Below are positions 36,201 through 46,110 of a stretch of 64,000 bases of DNA, one piece after another. Under the pieces are notes generated by a model, which saw only the letters and a list, made by a program, of their open reading frames with translations, ran no database searches and was not told the DNA's origin. Where the stretch lies: positions 79,670,001 through 79,734,000 of the forward strand of contig OZ320316.1 in NCBI GenBank assembly GCA_976226885.1, in the 5' to 3' direction. Positions within the stretch are counted from its first letter, which is position 1; every line of letters begins with the position of its first letter. Both the position numbers and the translations under genes were made by a program. Source of the stretch: Iphione sp. A-MEVVRFRX5 (lineage: Eukaryota).

Positions 36201-36879
36201 AAAAGGGGAAATCTATGAACTCTGCATCACAAAGGGATTGAAATCTGCATGCTTCATACACACAGAAACAGGTTTCCGTTGGTGTTTCTCTTTCGTTCAA
36301 GTTTGTTCAATTCACCTGAAAATTTGAATCCATTTCATTGACACTGTTTCAAAGGTTAGATACAGATTATGAAGAGCGAGAACAGGTACTTAGATTTGTT
36401 ATCTAAGTAGACATGGTACGGTTATCAGCAAAACAGTAGTGTATCTAAAGATGCCATTCAGAAGGAAAACACACCTTTGATTAGGATTCGACGTTAGGAT
36501 GTTGTACTTTTTATTTTGTGGAAAATTGTTTTCATGTTGTATACCTGTGATTCTCGTCCGCCAGCGACAGCTCTATATAAGTGTTGGACTCTGCACTTCT
36601 TCTTCTGATATAACCATTCAAATTATCACCTGCGAGACCAACTTCCTCTCTTCAACAATACAAGCGGTTTTTTCCAACTGCCGAAACAAACTGTCATGTC
36701 AACGCATTGACAGCACCTCTGTACATTTCCTCATTACCCATTGACTTTCAGGATTCGTAAGCTTTGATAACCCGGCGAGTGCACAGGCGGCAATCCAGGC
36801 CATGAACGGGTTTCAGATTGGCATGAAGAGACTCAAGGTACAGCTGAAGCGACCGAAGGACGCCAACAGGCCTTACTGA
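9209..36879 (+). CDS. CELF4: CELF3/4/5/6-subfamily (bruno-like/ETR-1-like) RNA-binding protein gene, 5'-partial; 8 coding exons: 9209-9288, 17164-17307/17331, 26575-26746, 28084-28209, 28478-28537, 31971-32051, 35944-36087, 36752-36879
   Basis: Exons splice in frame with GT-AG boundaries and matching phases to give ...[54 protein letters not shown]...[16 protein letters not shown]...[17 protein letters not shown], diagnostic of the CELF3-6 subfamily. The symbol denotes the closest vertebrate paralogue group; this is probably the single pro-orthologue of CELF3/4/5/6. RRM1 and the first part of RRM2 were not found in the window. Confidence 0.96.
9516..9778 (+). other. 5' arm of predicted long-range intronic RNA duplex (partners at 19750-19835, 20394-20434, 21019-21107)
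   Basis: Eleven or more colinear, nested complementary segments found by eye; see findings. Confidence 0.6.
17164..17331 (+). CDS. CELF4: CELF exon: end of RRM2 and start of linker ([48 protein letters not shown][VPQSVSSQ])
   Basis: ttcttttcttgcag|GGCGCA...; two in-frame donors, after 17307 (cag|gttccc, weak) and after 17331 (cag|gttagt, stronger). Confidence 0.93.
23504..24210 (+). ncRNA. GC-rich intronic structured-RNA island (unclassified)
   Basis: Stems 23505-23513/23555-23563, 23519-23526/23536-23543, 23807-23815/23843-23851, and closing helix 23635-23658/24170-24182. Confidence 0.6.
26575..26746 (+). CDS. CELF4: CELF linker exon ([32 protein letters not shown]...PTSTANSIY), phase 0-1
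   Basis: CAGCAG tandem acceptor at 26572-26577; donor g|gtaagc at 26747; Q/A-rich sequence matches the CELF4-type divergent domain. Confidence 0.93.
28084..28209 (+). CDS. CELF4: CELF linker exon ([42 protein letters not shown]), phase 1-1
   Basis: Branch-like gactaac ~28058, CAGCAG acceptor 28081-28086, donor cag|gtactt; resembles the vertebrate PPQANGQ...NG..PYP segment. Confidence 0.88.
28478..28537 (+). CDS. CELF4: CELF linker exon ([20 protein letters not shown]), 60 nt, phase 1-1
   Basis: ctgtttttcag|CGCAAG...; DPLQQAYxGVQQYA is a CELF3-6 motif; donors at 28538 (gtatag) and 28544 (gtgccc). Confidence 0.92.
31971..32051 (+). CDS. CELF4: CELF linker exon ([27 protein letters not shown]), 81 nt, phase 1-1
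   Basis: cccttttcag|CTACC...GAAG|gtgagt; matches the vertebrate AAYPAAYGQ...QQQRE exon. Confidence 0.92.
32673..32708. promoter_or_regulatory. Two adjacent RFX X-box-like motifs
   Basis: ATGTCCATGGCAAC (32673-32686) and GTTGTCATGGCAAC (32695-32708) versus consensus GTTNCCATGGNAAC; may instead be arms of an RNA stem. Confidence 0.4.
34067..34099 (+). CDS. Candidate 33-nt in-frame cassette exon ([11 protein letters not shown]) immediately before RRM3
   Basis: tactaa (34043)...cttgtatacttttag|GTCTGG...CAACAAG|gtaaac; length divisible by 3, phase 1-1 like the flanking exons, no stop. No transcript evidence available. Confidence 0.5.
35944..36087 (+). CDS. CELF4: CELF exon: first half of RRM3 ([48 protein letters not shown]), 144 nt, phase 1-1
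   Basis: ctattttcctcag|GTCCAG...TTCG|gtaaga; RNP2 motif LFIYHL. Confidence 0.97.
36752..36879 (+). CDS. CELF4: CELF last coding exon: second half of RRM3 to stop ([42 protein letters not shown])
   Basis: ttgactttcag|GATTCG...TACTGA; TGA at 36877-36879; exon probably continues to a donor after 36921 (aag|gtaata). Confidence 0.97.
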
Positions 36880-36921
36880 GGCCCCCATTCTTACCCGGGA
36901 TACGGGATCAAGGCTTACAAG

Positions 36922-39900
36922 GTAATACTCCATGAGCTTTTATCCTTCCACAGACACGTATTTCTTATCTAGGGCGTTTCTTGGGATTACGCATTGATAC
37001 CATGCTCAGACACCACCATATATCATCACAGGTGTTTTCATAGGGAACGAATCCACCATATCACAAGGGTCGTGTCTGACCCGTCTTTATGTTTATTTGC
37101 ATGTACAGAAAGTTGCTGAGCCACGATATCATTTGAAAGCTAATAACTCTCGATGATTCTCTGGTGACTCAATGTGATCATCTGATTAACGATCCCTTGT
37201 AGGACTAATTGAATGCGGGCTTCTGTGGATGCGTGATCAATGTACTTGTACTTACCACTAACCAGGTCATCTCCACGCTTGAGATGTCTATTAAAGAGTA
37301 AACTGCAATAAAGTAAATACTCATGGGGGTTACTTGGTATCCATGAAGAGAAGAGTCAAAGAAAACGTTTCTGGATATCAACGGTGAAAGTAGCGTTACC
37401 GTCCAATGTCGAATTTCGACAAAACAATGTGGTTTGCTCAGAGATCTCAATTGCACAGATCTCAGTGATATTACTGGTCAATTAGACTATTTTTATGCCC
37501 CTTGGGTATTTGTTCAAGTAGGGTAGGTTAAGCCCGCGTTTCTTCAGGAGCATGTTTTCAGGAATGTCCAAATGTGGTATGAGAAATATATGTCTTGTTA
37601 CTTGTCCAATGTGACGAGTCTATGTATGTACCATAAGTAGGATACATTTGGGAAAAAAACGGTATATTTCCTACAAGTATAATTTTCATAGCATGAAAAA
37701 TGAACTTGTATTTAGTCTACGCAGATAGTCAGGGATTCAATCTGATAAGATCCCTGAGAAGTTTCCTTGTCTTGGTTACCATGGACACCCTTCTCTCACT
37801 CTACCTTAGTCCACCTCCTTCAGTCTGCCCTTTTTACATACTATGCTACTGTTTACCCAATCCAGCTCCACTATTCCCTTCCAAATTGCTACACCGAAAA
37901 AGCATATTTCAAGGGCTATTTCAGTATTATGCATGTTAGAGGCTCACTGAAGCTTAACAGTATTTTTCCTTTGGGGATTCAATTTGTTTTGGCTCAATCT
38001 TGACGGAAGTCCATTTATGTGAAATATACCAAAACCATGAGTTCCTCATAGTATTCTCAGTCATATGTTCATGGGAATAGATAATCATTTCAAAGTGAAA
38101 ATATAATTTCATCTTGTTTTTTTTTCTCGTTGAAAATATTTCTAGAAGTATGTTACCCTCTCAGTTCATTTTTCAGAATTGATAGATAGACTCGAATATG
38201 CATCTTGTCCTCCATCGTAAAAGTTAATAACTCTACCTGTGAATATTTCACACATAGAGAGAGGAGTGACACATTCTAACAGAAGATGCATATTCACTAT
38301 TGTCCTGACGTCTCCATCGCCAAATCGTGCATCATTTTGCAATGGTTTAATGGCACAGCTATATTATGTTTGGGTTATATTCATTAATTAATAACATTAT
38401 CTATCAGTTACATCACCTGCTTTTAGCTGCTGAAGTATATTCACCGAAAAAAATTCTAATTTTTGTTTGTCTCACTCTGTACAATTTTACCAAGAGCTGA
38501 ACTGTTTATTAGCTGATCAGCATTTATAGGTATAATTTTCTCGATGCTCTTTTTCCTTATGAAAAAGGAAAATGCACCCAATCCCTTCATTCATTTCTCT
38601 CCCATGCACTCCTTTTCTGCACACTGTTGCCATGGCAACCAAGAGACCCCCTAGAAAGAGTGAGGGTCTCTGTGAGGGCGGTCAGTCCTAGCCGCCCCCG
38701 AACAGACCCCAAGCCTCGTCTCGATCGCGCTCAGTAAGTGCGCTCTCTGCAAACTGTCTAAGTGGCCGTCGGTTCTCGCCGTTGTTTCTGACTGCGTGCA
38801 AATGGCTGTCCGTACATCTATTGTCTGCTTATCATTATATATCCTTATTATATAGTGCCATATACTTTATACTATTTGCGTTTATAATCATGTGTAATCT
38901 CAAAATTTCAAAGGTATATATATATATTTATATTATATATATACATGTATATATATGGTCTTGTTCTAGAAGGAGGATAAAGGAAATCGTGAATGTTCAT
39001 GTCATACCTCACTGGAGTCGGATTTTACCAGAAAAAATCTTAAATTAGGCCCCCTCTAAACCTAATATCTCAAAAGTGAATAATTAAGTATAGACGAATG
39101 TTGTTTAGTTGAGAGAATGATTATGTTATACACTGTGTTTATAATTCTGTCAGTAATGAAACATAGCTGTGGGACCACGGAAATAAATGTCGCTGGACAT
39201 GGGAACCTGAAGCTGGAGTACATCCTTCCATATTAATGTCTGTTTTTATCATTTTGTGAATGTGAAAAAGTGGATTTATCGAAAATCAAAAGGATACCAA
39301 TGGATCCACCTAGACATAAGAAAATAATCCATCGATGAAAAAAAAACTTGATTTTTTAATTCCAAAACTAAATGATTCTAAAACATGTTTCCACGGCATT
39401 AGTATCTTTCTCACGCAAGAGTTATCTCCAGTCGTCATTTTGCGGTAATCGTACTGGTAATTTTTTTTCAAATTAACCCATAATTTCTTCAGCAAAAATT
39501 ACTTTTTTTGCATTGGGTAGTTTCTAGCCTTAATTACATGGAGAGAAAAAAATGGTGGACGCTGTGTGCCTTACACTTATAATGATCTAGGTGCCTCCTG
39601 CGGCACTTGCTGTTTAGGGACTCTTCCACTGACGAATCTGTGGCTGTCCGTTTTGGGCTCTTGCAGGCATGTTTCATTGTGGTCTTGGACCTAATCAGCG
39701 GTCTCAACTGTATTAGATATGATTAAGCTAAATCTTCGCAGGGTGGTGGCTTTCTTACTAGATGTGGCCACAGTGTGCTCCTCTCCTTTTACTGTCATTA
39801 CCAATAGGAGGTGATCAATGCCCAAATGTCCCCGTATCATATTGCCCTATATATGGTGGCCTGGTGATTCTGGGAATTTTTCCTATATATACGGCCCATT

Positions 39901-40481
39901 TTCGTGTATAGCAGACTACTCAATATTATATAAGTATCGTTAAACCCCTTGGGTGTCTCCCGTATCTATATAGATTTAATTTGGTCTATAGATATCCAGC
40001 CATTCAAGTCGGGCTTGCTTCACCTCATAACTATTGTGCCACTCTGAGTGGTTGTACAGTGTGCACATTGGTATCTGTTAAGCATCCATTTAGAACAATA
40101 TACATACATACTTGCTTATACAAATGTATACCTTTACAGTAAGCTATGTCATATGATAAGTTAAAAAATACTAACAGTCAGTATATGTTCAGTGTTGTCC
40201 CGATGCTTGTCTTTGGACTTTGGACATACCTATGCGATCTAACAATCGCAAAACCGTCAGACAGAAAGCAAAATCGTTGTAATTCAGACACTTGCCACCA
40301 TAGGTCACAGACCTACTTCATAGAACTTTAAAAGGTTTAATATACCTGGCAACCCCATTCAAATGGCTCAGTATTTGCAAGTGTAATATTGAGTAATCAC
40401 AGGTAGAAATGCTCACCTTGACGATGTACACAAGGGTGCTGTCGGTTTGCTAACCTATTTGTTCCCTTTCTTTTTTTTCAG
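36922..40481 (+). other. Probable intron in the CELF 3'UTR
   Basis: Donor aag|gtaata 42 nt after the stop; strong acceptor with ctaac branch (40450), tract gttccctttcttttttttcag ending at 40481. Confidence 0.6.
38626..38639. promoter_or_regulatory. Perfect palindromic RFX X-box
   Basis: GTTGCCATGGCAAC exact 14-bp palindrome. Confidence 0.55.
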
Positions 40482-43400
40482 ATACATTTTGATGTAGTTC
40501 CTAGATTGCCGAGGGGACGCAGCGCGTGATTGCCATGTTCAACTGTTTAGCTCGACACCGCTCCCATCTCTAGTGGGCGAGGATAGAGTCACTCAGTGTT
40601 CCCGCTTAAAATGAATATATATTAATATATCTATAGGTACGAAATCCACAATCTCTCGGGCGCACAATCGCTGTACACTAATACTAATCCCTACACTTTC
40701 GCACTACTGACCGCACATGGCACTTTATCCCACGTACAAGGAAAACAGCACATCCACCGACACATCAACAAAGATCAGCACCTTATTTTACGATGCAGAC
40801 TCTGTATATAATACTGGGGATAAATTATATATCTATATATCGGCATATATATGTATATCTTACCAAAAGAAAGATACCAGATTATATTACGCGTTACGGG
40901 ATAGAGAATTAAAATGGACAAATACCAAGACCGAACTTGACCGACTCCCACGTATTCTGGAATTCGATGTTGTCTGAAGGTTTTCTCAGTGATGACCAAG
41001 GAATGATCAGACGTTGCTTGGCGTGTGGAGAAACATGTAATTTTGTCGTGCAGTGAAGCCACGCCTACCCGCCGGAGGCGCGCGACGAGGCCATGCCCAA
41101 CTTCTAGTCCTGACCAGGGAGCATGCAGCGTACAAGTTTGGATGCTAGCGAGCATGATGAATGTTATTTATGGTAAAACAAACCGAGTTGTGAACGAGAG
41201 CCCACCAAAGGTCACACTTTTCTGACATATCTTTTTTGTAAAATTAATGAATAATAGCCATTAGCCCATACTATATTTATCTTCGCAGCAGGTAGTCGTA
41301 GTTAGCGTAGACGTAGTTAGATGTAGCACAGAGAGACTATATATATATTCAATTTGAATGAGACAAAAAAAGAATAAAAGTGAAGAAAAAGATTGTAGAA
41401 TGATGAGCGGTGGCCTATCCTGAAAGTTGCGCAAATGTAAAGAAACTCTGCCCGTGTTTTGATGGTTTTTTATTTCGACACATTCCATTTTAGTTCTGTT
41501 TTTCTTTTTGAGGAACCCGCTTCAAACATGGTTGTAGAGAGACGTGTTTGTGGTAACATTAATAACATGGTAACGTGTTAATTATCACAAGAGAAAATAA
41601 TATCTCCCGTGGACAAAACCTAAGTGGGGACCCGGGCTCATCTGTATGATGAGGTGTCTTGTGCTGGAACTATATATCTATATATAAATATATATTATAC
41701 GATATGCTACTACTATATATTTGTGATGATGATGATACGACAATGGCACCTAAGCAGCCAGGTTGTTGGTTATACTGAAGATAATTGTCGCAGAGTGCGC
41801 AACTTTCAGGAGGCTGTAGACTAAAAGAACCACTCACGTGAGAATCATTATATTCATTATAACGGAGAAGAATGCCTTCAGCTAGTTGATATATGGGGAA
41901 AATTGCCAAAAAGATGATATACTTGCATTAAGTATTTATGAGCATATTTATGATCTTATACCATGTAGATACTTAGGCGATTGATACTGATGATGATGAT
42001 GATGATTATGACAAAGATAGAAAATAATGATGACAAATACAAAGTGGTTTACTATGACACATGGACCATCCTTAGCCGGCGTGAAGTAGGCATCTCTTGT
42101 TATATGTTGGTGTCTTCTGCTCGCCAGCTTAAGGGACAGACTACATATTCATGAGTGCCACAGACTCCAATGTCTGAGATTTTCAAACTTACAAAACTAG
42201 TTGACCAGTCTGCCTGCAGTTTTAATGTCCTGTCGATAGACCTATGCTTTGTGTTTGGGTACTTCTCGCACCTGTTGTCAACGTACTTAATTTTTGAGTT
42301 GAAGAATTTCACTGATTCGGACTTTCACGAAGTTAAGAAATTTAACTTTTTATATGCGTACTTTTTCCTAGTTTCACGAAGGGTTTACAAAAAATTGTAG
42401 TATTTATGACCTATAAAGGAAACACTGTATACTGTACAGTTTTTGACTGTGTCACTCTAAAGTGGAATATGTTACAATTATATTTTCCTCTTTTTATGAT
42501 GGTAGTAAACCTGTACCTCTCTGAGTTACTCGTGCTGTTTGTAATCACATGTACTTTATTTCATTCCCAGAGAGTATTTTGGCAATCATCAATGTAGTTT
42601 GTTTTGGAGGACACATTCTATCATGTTCGAAGTTAGTGAATCGTAATGTCATCATAAGAGAATATTTTAAAACATCAATTGTTACTGTTATAATGCCTGA
42701 TCTTCAATCGCATGAAATGATGTATTATATTATAGGATAATGATATTGATGATATAATGGTTTTATTTGATGTAGTATAATGCAGAGAAGGTCCTATTTA
42801 TTTGAGGTATTATGTTATAGCGAAGCTATGTATAATATAATGCTTAATTTATTTGAGCGTTGAGAATGGGTTTCAAAACATGGTACCTATAAGTACCACT
42901 TAACCCACCAGTATGTAACGGACCATGAGCATATAAGATTGTTACCCATTTTAATATTTTCTTTATATTTCCTTTTTCTTTAAATTATTGCATGTATAAT
43001 TGCACATACAATTCAAAGTAGTACAGTAGGTAACGATGAAGACTGAGCACTAATGATTGTATAGCCAGTAGAGAGAATCTTAGCTTTAAGAAAGGTACTA
43101 CCATTGAGAAGTGATGAAAGTTTGCATGGGGGATCAACCATTGAGAGAAATGCAATATTACAGTATTATTCCTAACACGAACATTGTGCAATAGCTTGTT
43201 CAAGAGTTGTATTTTACCCATCTTGTTATCGAGGAATGTTTTTGCTGCCTTATTTATTATTATTTTCGATGTAATTAATATTTATGTATTTATCAGCTGT
43301 TCATAACAGGATGTGGATGGTAGTATATCACAGGGATTGTACGTAAAAGACGACACTGTACAGATTTCTGTACTGTGGCAGAAGAACATACCAAGCTATT

Positions 43401-46110
43401 TTGGGATAATGTCGTAAATAGTGTGTCCTATTTATTATTACTTCAGGCTGGATCTATATTATTTTGTTGGAGAAATATCATTATTGCTAATGATTTCTGA
43501 GCAGAAGAGTTTCTTCTTATCCCCATGCCTGCTATTGCAGTTATGTAGAAACTATGTACGAATGTTGGAGAGCAGAATCTCAGAGGTTTGTTTAAAGGAA
43601 TATATAAACGTGGTTTTCCGCCTATTGGAGACCCGTTTGTAAATACTGAAAGAGAACTGACATGACATTCTTATGTGTTTATGCTACGAAAGTTCCACAT
43701 GTACAGTGTTTTGACTGTGTGAGTTAGTTTTTTTCCATTGTCAATGGATGGACCCTTGTTATTACAACAATTGATTACTTGGTTGATTGGTTATGATCTC
43801 TATCGAATCTAGTCTGATGGTCTGATACTCTCGCAATTAAATTAACGTGGAAAATGCAGGCGTTGTCAGTACATTGTTGGTTCAAGGGTACAAAGACTGC
43901 GCTGTTCAGAACGAACCATACTTGTGCCCCTCACCCATGATTGTGACTATAATGATGGGCTAGAATTGTGACACTAGTTGATCACGTTAATTATTGTGAA
44001 ACCTGGTTGTTTTGGTGATGATAATGCCGACGATTAAAATGACGACGCTGATAACTGTAACTATGACCTAGTCACCGCTTCCACAGTTATTAGTTGACCG
44101 GTGCAGAATCTCCTGTTTCTATTTTTCATCGGATCAAGGAAGAGACCTAAATCATTCCAACAGCGCGGATAATTATATTCATACTTTGCTTGCTTGTAAA
44201 ATGTTTGTTACCAGGTGGTCGTTGATGGTCGTAACAAATACTCCCTCGTCAACACTATACAAAGTTTAGGTGCAATCTTGTATCACTTGTACAGATGAGT
44301 CATGATTGTCGGAATGCGTGTATTTTGGCGGACGACCATTAGGGGCATTGCTGGGTACCGGTCAGCTCATGACTGTGGTACTCCTCTTCAACAGATGAGG
44401 GGTGGCCATATTCGCACCAGTGAGTTGTGATAATTCGGTCTAGTTAAACTGTGGGTATAGCACTTCATATAGGTGCGACTAACACGTTGATCAGGTGCAA
44501 TGTAGCGCCAGTCCTGGTTTTATTTTCCTTGTTATTACTACTATACCATCAAGGTGCAGATGTATACAATGGATGATCCCTCATGCTTACTAATGTAGCC
44601 ATATTATTGAATAATGATGTAGCACATAAAAACGTAGACGTAGCACTTAAAAGAATAACTAACTTAAGGAAATGCTCAAGTAGTTGTTATTGTAGATGCC
44701 AAGCCTAGCTCTTCAAACTATGGACTTACAACAAATTGTTCTGCAACTGTTTCCAACCCTGAAAGAAGATACACAGACCAATGTGTTGGCAACTACCATT
44801 TTTAAGTAATCTTGGTGAATATAGTCTGTAAGCAAATCAACAGGCATTTTTGTAAAGAATTTTGATACGAAGGATCTATTTTTGTAAGATCATATTTTCG
44901 CAAAAGAGAGAGATACTTCTATCTTATAAATTATTCTGTTACATATGAGAAAGAGCTCATTTTACATTGTTCTTGAATTTGTGTGAGTATCGTGGTGTTT
45001 CGTGCAGTTCTCTTTATTGTGGACATCCAACTGGTATTGTCAGACGGCGCACTGCTGTAATGTAAAGAGACTTAATGTACCTCCTTACACGCTGGTAAAG
45101 TAGACCAGACCAGACGGAGTCGCCGTGGCAACCAATTTCGTGACGTCACACTCAAGATGGCCGCGCCACAAAATTCTTGACTGTCTCCTAAAAAGGGAAT
45201 CTCTCCTTTTCGAAAGTACATATGTTTTAGGGGGAAAGATCATAGCGTGTAGGCATGAAGCCACCAAGTGTCGTCTCTCTCATTTCTCCCTGTATCTTTC
45301 TCTCTTCGCTATGTGTTTGAAATTTCCATGTATTAATTAAAAAGAGCCTATGGAGCGGCAGCAGGAGATGATCCTTAGCTTGGCTCAGGGGCTATGTCCC
45401 TACTCCTCTCTTTCTCCTTCTCTCTCAAACTCTTTCTCTCTCAGACTCTCTCTCTCTCTCTCTCTCCAAAGTATAGTAGGTGTATGAAATATTTGGCCCT
45501 TTTATCTGTATCTTTGTGTTTCTCACGAGCGCCACAAGCCATCTTGGGACATGGTCTGTTTGCAGGGGAAATAATTCTTTGCCATCTCTATATACAAGCC
45601 ACACATTTTCAATGGCTGAGTCACCGTGCATCAGGGCATGTGGTTGCCAGGGTAGAGAAACTTGTCGTTGTGATGGTGTCATTGTGGAAACAGTTGCCGC
45701 GGATATTGCTACCAAGTCCTGAGCATTTCCATAGGCTTTTACCTCAATAGGATGAACCCAAAGCATGACAGGGTCCAGCTACGTACAAATACTGTTTTTA
45801 TTTCAGGCAGGAATATGAAGTAAAAACTTAATGAACAGAGGCTAGAAAGCTTAACGATGACATGCATGTACAAATTTGATGATTTATGATAAGCATAATA
45901 ACAATAATGTAAGAACTAACGATCTGTAACTTATTTACTCTTTGAGAATTAAAGCAGAATGAAAAGAAATCTGTTCCTTTTGTCGTATTTATTCATAATT
46001 CTTACGAAGGTGGATCATAATTAGATTCTGACGCAATGACTGCCTATAACAACGCATCATATTCTATTTTAAATATCGAGAGCCAATAAATAGAAACATA
46101 AAACGAAACA
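40482..46110 (+). other. Probable long AU-rich terminal exon (3'UTR) of CELF; 3' end uncertain
   Basis: Follows a strong acceptor; AT-rich with TGTA/TATA-rich tracts, AATAAA at 41373-41378 and 46085-46090, several ATTAAA (e.g. 45336-45341); no credible ORF. Confidence 0.5.
45119..45164 (+). promoter_or_regulatory. Promoter-like motif cluster: X-box + CCAAT + CRE + YY1
   Basis: GTCGCCGTGGCAAC (45119-45132), CCAAT (45132-45136), GTGACGTCAC (45140-45149) and CAAGATGGCCGC (45153-45164) within 46 bp. Confidence 0.6.
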
